This document shows, one piece after another, positions 11,196 to 19,496 of a DNA stretch of 64,000 bases (the stretch's first letter is position 1; each line of letters begins with the position of its first letter). The position numbers were made by a program, and so were the translations under genes. Below the pieces are notes generated by a model. That model did no database searches. It was not told the DNA's origin and saw only the letters and a list, made by a program, of their open reading frames with translations. The stretch is from a bacterium (GTDB taxonomy: Bacteria > Patescibacteriota > Minisyncoccia > Phycocordibacterales > UBA6899), in the NCBI GenBank assembly GCA_043756865.1, contig JAYUQG010000024.1, positions 91,259 to 155,258 on the forward strand, read 5' to 3'.

Positions 11196-11272
11196 TGGTG
11201 TCGACGGGAGGGAACGATCCTCCGACCTCGGGCTTATGAGTCCCGCGCTCTAACCAACTGAGCTACGTCGAC
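11196..11272 (-). tRNA. tRNA with CAT anticodon (elongator Met or Ile2); CCA encoded
   Basis: Acceptor GTCGACG/CGTCGAC and anticodon loop CTCATAA. It has an atypical T-loop ATCGTTC (A54, T58) and an A31-G39 mismatch. Confidence 0.75.
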
Positions 11273-11399
11273 ATATAAACATGCGTGCTCCAGTCACACC
11301 AATGAGCACAGTGGATTTATAGCATATTCTGTCTCAAAATCAAACTTGGATGTCATTTGCATGCGGTTAGGAATTAATCACCAGTCCTAAGTTCACAGA

Positions 11400-11519
11400 C
11401 AGGACTCGGTCACGAGTTACTAAGTCTTTTGGTGCGAAGGCCACCAAAAGCCCAAGTACTCCCGACCCCGACTCGCCCGTCTCACAAGGCTTCGACATGG
11501 CTCCGTCTTTCGATTCCTG
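11400..11519 (-). repeat. copy Y of the structured repeat family (see 36030-36186), inside the tRNA operon spacer
   Basis: The minus strand reads caggaatcgaa...cttttggtg-gccttcg-caccaaaag-acttagtaactcgtgaccgagtcctg. The 3' 26 nt match 36152-36178 apart from one mismatch and one 1-nt indel. Confidence 0.6.
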
Positions 11520-11552
11520 ATGAAAGTGCCATTGGGCGCTTTTTTGTAATTG

Positions 11553-11623
11553 TTGCGGGGACAGGAATCGAACCTGTGCCTGAAGGTTATGAGCCTTCCG
11601 AGCTACCGCTGCTCCACCCCGCT
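11553..11623 (-). tRNA. initiator-like tRNA-Met (CAT); CCA not encoded
   Basis: Sequence AGCGGGGTGGAGCAGCGGTAGCTCGGAAGGCTCATAACCTTC... is close to E. coli tRNA-fMet. It has an unpaired 1:72 position (A-A) and A11:T24, but only two G-C pairs next to the anticodon loop. Confidence 0.8.
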
Positions 11624-11672
11624 ATATTCAATAGTTCCTTGTCCGCATGACTAAGGAAGTGATGATTTCGGC

Positions 11673-11701
11673 ATTATAAGCAATAGAGCCATTTTTCGCA
11701 A
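11673..11701 (-). promoter_or_regulatory. sigma70-like promoter of the tRNA operon
   Basis: The minus strand reads TTGCGA-17 nt-TATAAT, about 45 nt upstream of the initiator tRNA. Confidence 0.5.
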
Positions 11702-11748
11702 GGACTTGCGTAGTGGGCGCAAAACGATAAATCCGATATGATGGAACA

Positions 11749-12369
11749 ATGAATTTGTTCTCACATATTGTGCATTCTCCACTCATAAATATCTCCCTCG
11801 GTTTTATGCTTTCTATGGTATGGGTAATCTTTGCATTTTCACACGTACAGGCATGGCAATCGACGGGCGAATTCGCGCTCCTCGCATTCTGCCTTTCGGA
11901 GACTTTGCAGGCAATGTTTTTTTTGTTTCGTAAGGTTCCCGAAACAGTATCTGTCGACCCCTTTGACTGGCTTGTTGCAGGAGGGGGAACTTTTGCGCCA
12001 CTGCTTTTTCGTCCGGGGGGAGAGGTGCTGTTTGCCCATGGCGACAAAATATTGCTTATTGGCGTATTTTTGCAAATTGCCGCATTAATTTCTTTGAATA
12101 GGAGTTTTGCAATTGTTGCTGCCAAGCGCTCGGTGAAAACAAAAGGCATGTATAGGATTGTGCGCCATCCTATGTATGCGAGTTATATATTCCTTTTGTT
12201 TGGCTACATACTGTTCAACGCCTCAATCGTCAATGTTTTTTTGCTTATGATGGCGTTTCTGTTTATGTATCTGCGGATTGAACAAGAAGAAAAGCACTTA
12301 CTGCAGGATTCGCTCTATCTTGCCTTCACAAAAAAAACAAAGTGGCGACTGATTCCTTTCGTGTATTAG
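11749..12369 (+). CDS. isoprenylcysteine carboxyl methyltransferase (ICMT/PEMT) family membrane methyltransferase
   Basis: Motif GMYRIVRHPMYASYIFLLFGY...EEKHL is present in a multi-TM protein. Confidence 0.75.
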   Translation: MNLFSHIVHSPLINISLGFMLSMVWVIFAFSHVQAWQSTGEFALLAFCLSETLQAMFFLFRKVPETVSVDPFDWLVAGGGTFAPLLFRPGGEVLFAHGDKILLIGVFLQIAALISLNRSFAIVAAKRSVKTKGMYRIVRHPMYASYIFLLFGYILFNASIVNVFLLMMAFLFMYLRIEQEEKHLLQDSLYLAFTKKTKWRLIPFVY

Positions 12370-12379
12370 GAGAGAGGAA

Positions 12380-12408
12380 TTGTAAAATAGTGTTGTATCA
12401 TGTATATT
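12380..12408 (+). promoter_or_regulatory. sigma70-like promoter of the tRNA-Thr pair
   Basis: TTGTAA-17 nt-TATATT ends about 30 nt before the first tRNA. Confidence 0.45.
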
Positions 12409-12438
12409 CTCGGTACTGTGAATTGATTCGCGTTTTAT

Positions 12439-12514
12439 GCCGTTTTAGCTCAGCTGGTAGAGCATTTCCATGGTAAGGAAAAGGTCCCCGGTTCGATTCC
12501 GGGAAACGGCTCCA
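12439..12514 (+). tRNA. tRNA-Thr (GGT); CCA encoded
   Basis: Acceptor GCCGTTT/AAACGGC, anticodon loop ATGGTAA, T-loop TTCGATT. Confidence 0.9.
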
Positions 12515-12537
12515 TGCTAGTATCTCGCTACTAGTTT

Positions 12538-12610
12538 GCCGCCTTAGCTCATCTGGTAGAGCAACGGTATCGTAAATCGTAGGTGCCCAGTTCGAGTCTG
12601 GGAGGCGGCT
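12538..12610 (+). tRNA. tRNA-Thr (CGT); CCA not encoded
   Basis: Acceptor GCCGCCT/AGGCGGC, anticodon loop ATCGTAA, T-loop TTCGAGT. Confidence 0.9.
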
Positions 12611-12613
12611 CAA

Positions 12614-13087
12614 ATGAATTCCTCGGCAAATAATCCGCGTGTGGGTATCGGGGTCATGATATTTCGTGACTTTCCTGCGTACGCAGGTGGAACTGTAGTC
12701 AAAAAAATATTACTAGGAAAACGAAAGAGTAAGCTTGGGCAGGGCGATTGGTCGTTTCCCGGCGGACACCTCGAAGCAGGGGAGTCCTTCGCTACGTGCG
12801 CAATTCGCGAAACTCAGGAAGAGACGGGAATAGAAATAACAAATATGCAATTTCAATTATTGGGAAATATTCCCAACACGTTTTCGGCGCATTATGTCCA
12901 GATTGCATTCACGGCGGATTGGAAGTCCGGTGAGCCTACAGTGATGGAACCGGAGAAGTGTGAACGCTGGGAGTGGAGTACGCTAAATGACTTACCTGAA
13001 CCACTGTTTGTACCAACGCGGATGATGATTGATGCATGGAAAGAGGGAATACATTTTTTAGATAGTAAGCAAAAAAGTAATATTTAG
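12614..13087 (+). CDS. NUDIX hydrolase
   Basis: Nudix box GGHLEAGESFATCAIRETQEETGI is present. Confidence 0.85.
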   Translation: MNSSANNPRVGIGVMIFRDFPAYAGGTVVKKILLGKRKSKLGQGDWSFPGGHLEAGESFATCAIRETQEETGIEITNMQFQLLGNIPNTFSAHYVQIAFTADWKSGEPTVMEPEKCERWEWSTLNDLPEPLFVPTRMMIDAWKEGIHFLDSKQKSNI

Positions 13088-13092
13088 TATTT

Positions 13093-13118
13093 AAAAAGCC
13101 GCGCAATGCGCGGCTTGT
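13093..13118. terminator. bidirectional hairpin terminator between convergent genes
   Basis: aaaaa-agccgcgc-aat-gcgcggct-t. The T-run is on the minus-strand reading. Confidence 0.6.
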
Positions 13119-13120
13119 GG

Positions 13121-13612
13121 CTATGTTCTGAGAACTCGTGGAATATCCCCCGAGTAAATACGCCTGAGAATCAGGGGAATGAGCAATGCGTTACTGAGAA
13201 GAAAAAGCACAGTGCCCAACCATCGGCAGAGATCGCCGATACTCACGATGTTTACGCCCCCCTCGAAGGGGTAGTCAAGCCATTTGCCCCACCACCGAAT
13301 TGCGGAACCGATGGCTCCACGCGGAATCTCGTCTTCCCAATTCGGAAAGTCGATACGCACTCGGTCTGCAAGTATGAGCAGTTTGCCATCATCTACGAAC
13401 TGGCGAGGTGTTCCTGCGTTGGTCGTGATAATTCCGGGTATATCGACAATGACCGGCATGACCCCGTCATTTACTTCCACCACTATGCCGTTCATCACAA
13501 CTCCCCATGCATTGAGCGCAAGCCCAATGACGACAAGGAGAGTGAGCGCGGTATCAACGAAACCCCATTTGGTTCGCTCGCGACGAAGATTCAGTTCTTG
13601 AGAGAGTTCCAT
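13121..13612 (-). CDS. hypothetical membrane protein
   Basis: It is a 163 aa ORF with TM helices at both ends. It is chosen over the plus-strand shadow (tracked ORF 13106..14227), whose first ~210 codons look non-protein-like. Confidence 0.55.
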   Translation of the reverse strand: MELSQELNLRRERTKWGFVDTALTLLVVIGLALNAWGVVMNGIVVEVNDGVMPVIVDIPGIITTNAGTPRQFVDDGKLLILADRVRIDFPNWEDEIPRGAIGSAIRWWGKWLDYPFEGGVNIVSIGDLCRWLGTVLFLLSNALLIPLILRRIYSGDIPRVLRT

Positions 13613-13741
13613 GTGTACTCCTTAGAATGGAAAGATGTGTCAGCCAAGTATAATAATAGTACAAAAAAACTGAATTGTCAAACACGCAAGTCAGTAACAA
13701 GGAGGACATGCAGTGTTCGTCTAGGTATTTGCTATACTCGC

Positions 13742-14227
13742 ATGATGAATACGTACACCGTGCGCACCGCAACAAAAAAAGATATAGACGCGCTTATTCC
13801 ACTGCAAAAAGAGATGGCAAAATATCACCACGCGCTCGATTCCATCTGGAATAAGGGAGCAAAGGATGATTCTGTTTGGCGTGAAATGCTTCTTGGGTTT
13901 TTTAAAAGAGGAAAAAATTTTTCCTTTCTCGTGCTTGAGTGTAATGGAAAAATAGTTGGTTATGCGAACGCAGAAATAAAGGTCGCGAGTCCCGCATATG
14001 CAGTCAAGTTGCTCGGGCATATAGGTAGTGTGTATGTGCAAAAACCCTATCGTCGCTCAGGTCTTGCAAGTATGGCAGTTGACCACTCCATGGACTGGTT
14101 TAAGAAAAATAAGGTGACATGGGTTACGCTTCAGGTTGATACAGACAATCCTTTGGGCACTAAAACGTGGAAGAAACTTGGATTTGAGGAGTGGCGCTTG
14201 GTGTTACGCAAGAAGCTACGTACATAG
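13742..14227 (+). CDS. GNAT family N-acetyltransferase
   Basis: ATG at 13742 gives MMNTYTVRTATKKDIDALIPL. The acetyl-CoA motif is VYVQKPYRRSGLASMAV. Confidence 0.8.
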   Translation: MMNTYTVRTATKKDIDALIPLQKEMAKYHHALDSIWNKGAKDDSVWREMLLGFFKRGKNFSFLVLECNGKIVGYANAEIKVASPAYAVKLLGHIGSVYVQKPYRRSGLASMAVDHSMDWFKKNKVTWVTLQVDTDNPLGTKTWKKLGFEEWRLVLRKKLRT

Positions 14228-14269
14228 CCTGTTGGTTGCATCGCGCGCAGTTCTCGCTATGATACCTCT

Positions 14270-14962
14270 ATGTCCAAGCATAAGGAGTTTTGGAATAAAG
14301 AATACAAGACTGCAGAGCACCTGCAGCTTTCAGACGAGCCCGCAGAGGACTTGGAGAAGTTTTGTCGTTGGCTGGAGCGCAATCATGGCAAAAAATATTT
14401 GAACGTGACAACGCGCGTGCTGGACCTCGGCAGCGGCAATGGCCGTAACCTGATTTATCTTGCACAGAACTATGGCATGCGTGCGGTGGGATATGACATT
14501 TCCGAGGAGGGAGTGAAGCTTGCAACTAAGGCATCTCAAGGTATGCCAATCAAATATGTTACTCGTTCGATTGCGGGAGAGTTTGAGGAAAAAGATTCCT
14601 CGTTCGATGTGGTGATGGATATGATGACCTCACATTTTCTTCGCGAACAAGAACGCGAAATGCTGCTTCGCGAGACACTTCGCGTACTTAAGCCAGGGGG
14701 ATGGCTTTTTTATAAATCTTTCCTCGCCGACCAAGACTTGAATGTTAAACGACTCCTAAATAAACATAGTGCAGATGAAAAAGATTCATACATCCACCCG
14801 ACGCTCGGCGTGTACGAGCATGTTTGGACAGAAGAAACATTGCACGAGTTTTTTGCTCCTCATTTCGTTATTGAAAAGGTTGAGAAGTCGTTTAAGCATA
14901 TTCGTGACGGAAAGGCATTTAAGCGCAGAACCGTTGTCGCATATCTCAGAAAGCCTTTTTAG
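14270..14962 (+). CDS. class I SAM-dependent methyltransferase
   Basis: Motif I is VLDLGSGNGRN, with a post-I acidic residue. Confidence 0.8.
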   Translation: MSKHKEFWNKEYKTAEHLQLSDEPAEDLEKFCRWLERNHGKKYLNVTTRVLDLGSGNGRNLIYLAQNYGMRAVGYDISEEGVKLATKASQGMPIKYVTRSIAGEFEEKDSSFDVVMDMMTSHFLREQEREMLLRETLRVLKPGGWLFYKSFLADQDLNVKRLLNKHSADEKDSYIHPTLGVYEHVWTEETLHEFFAPHFVIEKVEKSFKHIRDGKAFKRRTVVAYLRKPF

Positions 14963-15001
14963 GGTAAATAGGATATGTGAGTACTATCGCGCCACGACTT
15001 A

Positions 15002-15030
15002 TAAAAAAGCGCCAGCACAATTTGCTGGCG
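15002..15030 (-). terminator. rho-independent terminator (minus strand) downstream of the small Zn-ribbon ORF
   Basis: The minus strand reads cgccagc-aaattgt-gctggcg followed by ctttttt. Confidence 0.6.
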
Positions 15031-15047
15031 AGTGTTGCTTCATTCTC

Positions 15048-15251
15048 TCACGAGACGCAAACGGGCGTCGCGGTGTGTTTTGCGTGGTACTCACTTGGGG
15101 GAAGTCCACCGATTTGCGCAAATGGCGTTTCGCCTGCGACGTATCCCCAAGAGCAGACGCCGCATGTGCATGAGCCACCTTTGTCAAAGTGGGCTGGGAG
15201 AGTGTCCTTGCATTGCGGGCAATGCGCTGTGATGACCTTCGAGGTGACCAT
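15048..15251 (-). CDS. small (67 aa) putative zinc-ribbon protein
   Basis: GGAAGGA lies 4 nt (cgcc) upstream of the ATG (15251). The sequence MVTSKVITAHCPQCKDTL...CTCGVC carries a CxxC...CxC(x2)C pattern. A terminator follows directly. Confidence 0.5.
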   Translation of the reverse strand: MVTSKVITAHCPQCKDTLPAHFDKGGSCTCGVCSWGYVAGETPFAQIGGLPPSEYHAKHTATPVCVS

Positions 15252-15432
15252 GGCGTCCTTCCATTGATTGTTGCAACCCAAAATATACACTAAGTTATAC
15301 ATATTGTCAATGTTTTTGTTGGAGGGGTACATATTTACAAAGCTTAAATTATCTTGCAAAAAGATGTGGTTGGAATAGCATTAGCCCAGAGCTGTTATTT
15401 CACATAGTTCAACTTTATAAAGGGGATCAGAT

Positions 15433-18027
15433 ATGGGCTGGTTCAAAAATGGGGCGGGTGACGAAGCTGAGCGCAGAAAAAGTGAACGGCGCGCAGCAGC
15501 GTTAGCACAGAACGCAAAGCGCTCCCGTGTCTGGCGTTTCTTTGCTGTCGGACTCCCTGCACTGGCTTGGACACTCTTGTGGCTTGTTGGCCTTCCGCTC
15601 GCATGCTTCGGCATGATTGGATTGTGGTACTTCGCCGACAGTCTGCTCGACACCAATACGCTTGAAAGCGTTGCGATCGTCTTCTCCACCGTTGTGTCCG
15701 AATTCATCTATGCAGTGGATATGCGCACGGGTTGGTTCTCGTATGAGATGCCAAAGGTATTCACGCTCGGAGTCAAAGAGTACATACTCACCATTCCGTT
15801 TGTTTTTTACCTGAAAGTTGCGAGTGCGGCACTCGTTGCGCTTACTGCGTTCTTTGTGGCGATTCGCTACAAAAAGGCGCGCTGGGCAGCATCGCTTATT
15901 GCGCTCATCCTGTTCACCGGAATTTCCGTCGGGTACTACACCGTTTTGGATCCCGTGGCCGCACCTCCTGCCTACGGAACACAGCTGCGCGACTTTCGCA
16001 TGCGTGAAGCTACTCATGTCACCGACGCGACAGGCACAAACGAGATTGGCTGTTTTGCGCATGAAAATCGCAACATCGTCGACCTTGCGCAGGTGAGTCC
16101 GCATCTCCTTCAAGCCATTCTTGCGTCCGAAGACCACAAGTTTTACGACCATGCGGGAGTGAACCTGTACGCGATTGTGCGTGCGGCGTTTGCAAACGCC
16201 ATGAAAGCAAAGATTGCTTCAGGCGCTTCGACGATTCCGATGCAACTGACGAAAAACGTGTTTTTGACTCCGGAAAAGTCGCTTATCCGCAAGGCGCGGG
16301 AGGCGGTCATCGCCATACATCTGGAGCATTCGGTTTCAAAAGACGAACTCCTGTATTTGTACATCAACCTTGTGTACTTCGGTGGCGCATATGGCGTCGA
16401 GGCGGCGAGTCAATCGTACTTCGGCAAGTCGGCAAAAAATGTGACCATTGCGGAAGCGGCATTTCTCGCAGCGCTCATCAACCAACCTGAAGCATATCGC
16501 CGTGGCGGCACTGCTGGGCGAAAAGCAATCATGGTGCGCCAAGTGCGCGTTGTGGACTTGATGGTCAAACGCGGAATGATTTCGGCAAGAGATGGCGACC
16601 TCGCAAAACAGCAAACGCTCGCGCCGCAAGAGTACAAGGGTACCTGCACACGTACTGAGGCGTACATTAACGCTGCGGTGAATCGTGAATTCGGCATTGA
16701 CCGCAAGATACCGATTGCAAGCGCCGGACTCAATATTCAAACGACTATTGACCTCGCGAAGCAGTCGGTGCTCGACAAGGCATGCAGAAAGGCCATTGAA
16801 GACTATCTGAAGCGTCGTCCGGAAAATGCGGAAACGATACGCTGCTCGTCGCTTGCGATAAAGACGCAGACGGGTGAAGTTGTCGCCATGGTGAGCGGTC
16901 AGAACTTTAAGATCGATCAGTATGACCACGTGGAGATGTCTGAACGCCAAGCGGGTTCGGTGTTCAAGCCCTTCGTGTATGCGGCACTCTTGGAAAAAAT
17001 CGAACTCGACGAGCTGGCGCTTCGCGAAGAACGCTGCTCCTCCATCACGGAAGACGAATGCACCGCACTCATGTCCATTCCAATTGACCTGAACTCGCTC
17101 TGCAAGGTCCTCGACGCTCCTGTTTGGGTGCCTCAAGTCGTGGGGTGGAAAGGTCGCATCGTCTCACGGCATGTGATCAACAACTACCCCTATGAGGCGC
17201 GCCCACAGCATCGTGGATGGATTTCCTGCACGCTTGCGCTCGGAGAAAGTCGCAATACTGCAACCATCTGGGGTGAAGGTCAGCTGGCTCCCGCAAGTTG
17301 GGGAGAACTGGAGCGCTGGGTTTACGGGGCGAAGACTGTGGTTAGCATGGCGCACCGCTTGGGTGTGAAGAGTCCGCTCGAACACAAGAGCGTAACCGGC
17401 AAGACCGCAGAAGAGCGTGCACAATCGCTCCCCAACTACACCATCGGCATCGGTTCCGCTGAGGTGACATTGTGGGAAATGGCAGAAGCATTCTTGCCGC
17501 TTATGAATGGAGGATGCAAACAAAGCATCTCATTCATCAAGAAAGCGACGAACGCTGAAGGCAAGGTCATCTACGAACACCTGCTCGCACCTTCGTGCAA
17601 GCGCGTGCTCTCACCGCGAGTGGCGGCCGCAATGCGCGACTTGATGACCGCATCGATTGATGTGCGCGGACAGCGTGGCTCGAATGCTCCCGGGGACGTA
17701 CTCCTCGGCACGGCTGCAAGCTTGCGCAAGTCTTTCCCGGAGGGCGTGCTCTACGGGAAGACAGGTACCGCTACGGGCCCAGATGGAACCTCATCGACCG
17801 AGAACTGGTTCATCGGTGCGAGCGCCGATTACCTTGTGGCGACAAGGCTGAATAACGTCAACAAGACGCCCCTCGGCAAGAAAGAGACCGGCGGCAGGAA
17901 CGCGCTTCCTGTATTTGATATCTTCAACAGGGAATTGAAACTCTTCGACCCGCTCGCCGTTTCTCCTCCCATCGACACCAGTGCGTCGTGGGCCCCTCCG
18001 GCACCACGGCCGATGGCAACCCGTTGA
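15433..18027 (+). CDS. class A penicillin-binding protein (glycosyltransferase GT51 + transpeptidase) with a long multi-TM N-terminal extension
   Basis: GT51 motif ILASEDHKFYDHAGVN. Transpeptidase motifs are GSVFKPF (SxxK), GESRN (SxN) and GKTGTA (KTG). About 190 aa with several hydrophobic helices precede GT51. Confidence 0.9.
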   Translation: MGWFKNGAGDEAERRKSERRAAALAQNAKRSRVWRFFAVGLPALAWTLLWLVGLPLACFGMIGLWYFADSLLDTNTLESVAIVFSTVVSEFIYAVDMRTGWFSYEMPKVFTLGVKEYILTIPFVFYLKVASAALVALTAFFVAIRYKKARWAASLIALILFTGISVGYYTVLDPVAAPPAYGTQLRDFRMREATHVTDATGTNEIGCFAHENRNIVDLAQVSPHLLQAILASEDHKFYDHAGVNLYAIVRAAFANAMKAKIASGASTIPMQLTKNVFLTPEKSLIRKAREAVIAIHLEHSVSKDELLYLYINLVYFGGAYGVEAASQSYFGKSAKNVTIAEAAFLAALINQPEAYRRGGTAGRKAIMVRQVRVVDLMVKRGMISARDGDLAKQQTLAPQEYKGTCTRTEAYINAAVNREFGIDRKIPIASAGLNIQTTIDLAKQSVLDKACRKAIEDYLKRRPENAETIRCSSLAIKTQTGEVVAMVSGQNFKIDQYDHVEMSERQAGSVFKPFVYAALLEKIELDELALREERCSSITEDECTALMSIPIDLNSLCKVLDAPVWVPQVVGWKGRIVSRHVINNYPYEARPQHRGWISCTLALGESRNTATIWGEGQLAPASWGELERWVYGAKTVVSMAHRLGVKSPLEHKSVTGKTAEERAQSLPNYTIGIGSAEVTLWEMAEAFLPLMNGGCKQSISFIKKATNAEGKVIYEHLLAPSCKRVLSPRVAAAMRDLMTASIDVRGQRGSNAPGDVLLGTAASLRKSFPEGVLYGKTGTATGPDGTSSTENWFIGASADYLVATRLNNVNKTPLGKKETGGRNALPVFDIFNRELKLFDPLAVSPPIDTSASWAPPAPRPMATR

Positions 18028-18053
18028 GCGGTATGTGAAATAGTTCTTAGCAT

Positions 18054-18085
18054 CCCCCGCGCCTTGGCGCGGGGGCTTTCTTTTT
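18054..18085 (+). terminator. rho-independent terminator after the PBP gene
   Basis: cccccgcgcc-tt-ggcgcggggg followed by ctttcttttt. Confidence 0.75.
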
Positions 18086-18140
18086 GCCAAATTCACGTTA
18101 TGGTGAGATGAGACAGCTGTTTAACTTTTTGGAGAATAAC

Positions 18141-19466
18141 ATGAAAGCACTCCTCGCAGTGTTTTTGAGCGCTACTACAGTTGCGTGTCTCGCAGCGCCA
18201 CCTTTGCCGACCGTTGCTCCTGAGTTGCGCGGTGAATACATTTTGACTAAAGTCGCCGAGGCAGAAGAGCGTTGTCGCGATGAGCCGCTCACGCTTCCGC
18301 AGTCACCTGATCCGAAGGGCGCAAACAATACCTGGTTCATTGAACGCCCCGTGCTTTTGTGCGCCTACAGTGAAGTCAATCGCACTTGGCACCCCGTTGT
18401 GGTCACGATTCCGTCTCCCGTTCCTCGCGAATATTTTGCGTGTATCGGTGCAGCGCAGACTGTGCAAGACCGCAAATCATGTGTCATGCCCTATCGTATA
18501 ATTAGCGATGGGTATAGGCTCGCACACCTTGGCGGCACTGGAGCAACCCGACTTTCATTCAATGTTTGGCATCAAGCAACGGGGGAGCGTCTCACGGTCT
18601 ACCGTACGCGACATCTCTGGCTTGACGATGATGCACTCAAGAGTAGAGACATTACTCGAGTCATCGCCACGATGCGGACGATTAGCTACACACCGTATCA
18701 CGCCGATCTTTATGATCCTGCGTTGGTGGTCGAGGGGAAAGAGTTTCTCTATCGCGCCGTGGAGCGGTCGCTTGCGGAGATGACACACGTGCCATCAAAC
18801 GCATTTCCTGATCGGACCCTCTCGAAATCAGTCCCATGGGAAATTCCCATGGCACTCGCGATCATTGAGCAGATGGATGACAAGGCATTTGAGGAGTTGC
18901 CCACCGTAACGACAGAGGCAGTGTTTGTGGAATACGCGCTCAACCGCGAGCGCACGTTTATGTGGACGCAATCATCCGCAATGGCAATTGGTCCAATGCA
19001 GTTCACCAACGGTAATGGCAACGGCACCTATTCATCCGTGGTCGCGCGATGCCCAGAGGCCAAGCTCAATCCGAACTTTGATGTTGGCGCACGCGAACTG
19101 ACGAACTCAATTAAGGCAGCGATTTGCCTGATTGATCTTGAGGTTGCGCAGTTCCCACGTATCGCTAAGCTGTTCGAGCGCAGCCCGATCCTGGCAGGTA
19201 TCTATCCTGTCGCTGCCTATAACGGCTCGCCCGCCTCTGCGCGCGCACTCTATGACTGGGTTTTGCGTCGAGGTATCGACATCGAGGCTGACGCCGTGGC
19301 TGTGCCGGATGCACTGCATATGAAACGCCACGAATCATGCCCCTGTCGTCTTGCGAACGGAAAGCTCCGCAAAAAGGGAACTCGGCTTGTGATAAAGCAA
19401 AACACCGAAACACCGGGGTACATCAAGAAATACATTTTTGTCATCAATTACCTTTCAAAGGAATAA
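18141..19466 (+). CDS. secreted/lipoprotein-like hypothetical protein; weak lytic-transglycosylase-like motif
   Basis: GGAGA lies 5 nt before ATG 18141. The N-terminus MKALLAVFLSATTVAC looks like a signal peptide with a lipobox-like Cys. The motif SSAMAIGPMQFT resembles the SLT GLMQ motif, but no clear catalytic E-S was seen. Confidence 0.6.
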   Translation: MKALLAVFLSATTVACLAAPPLPTVAPELRGEYILTKVAEAEERCRDEPLTLPQSPDPKGANNTWFIERPVLLCAYSEVNRTWHPVVVTIPSPVPREYFACIGAAQTVQDRKSCVMPYRIISDGYRLAHLGGTGATRLSFNVWHQATGERLTVYRTRHLWLDDDALKSRDITRVIATMRTISYTPYHADLYDPALVVEGKEFLYRAVERSLAEMTHVPSNAFPDRTLSKSVPWEIPMALAIIEQMDDKAFEELPTVTTEAVFVEYALNRERTFMWTQSSAMAIGPMQFTNGNGNGTYSSVVARCPEAKLNPNFDVGARELTNSIKAAICLIDLEVAQFPRIAKLFERSPILAGIYPVAAYNGSPASARALYDWVLRRGIDIEADAVAVPDALHMKRHESCPCRLANGKLRKKGTRLVIKQNTETPGYIKKYIFVINYLSKE

Positions 19467-19470
19467 ATAA

Positions 19471-19496
19471 ACACCCGCCATGGCGGGTGTTTTCTT
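19471..19496 (+). terminator. rho-independent terminator, overlapping the 3' end of the convergent GDPD gene
   Basis: acacccgcc-at-ggcgggtgt followed by tttctt. Confidence 0.65.

Noticed and set aside
10793-11650. ORFs 10793..11119(-), 10939..11253(+) and 11429..11650(+); also 12398..12613(-)
   Set aside because: They overlap tRNA genes and a terminator and are read-through artefacts.
13106-13741. 5' two-thirds of tracked ORF 13106..14227 (373 aa)
   Set aside because: Only the last 161 codons look like a protein (GNAT). The upstream part is antisense to a plausible membrane-protein gene (13121..13612) and runs through its promoter region.
16336-17136. 266 aa antisense ORF inside the PBP gene
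   Set aside because: The plus strand carries all GT51 and transpeptidase motifs. The antisense ORF is a shadow in moderately G+C-rich coding DNA.
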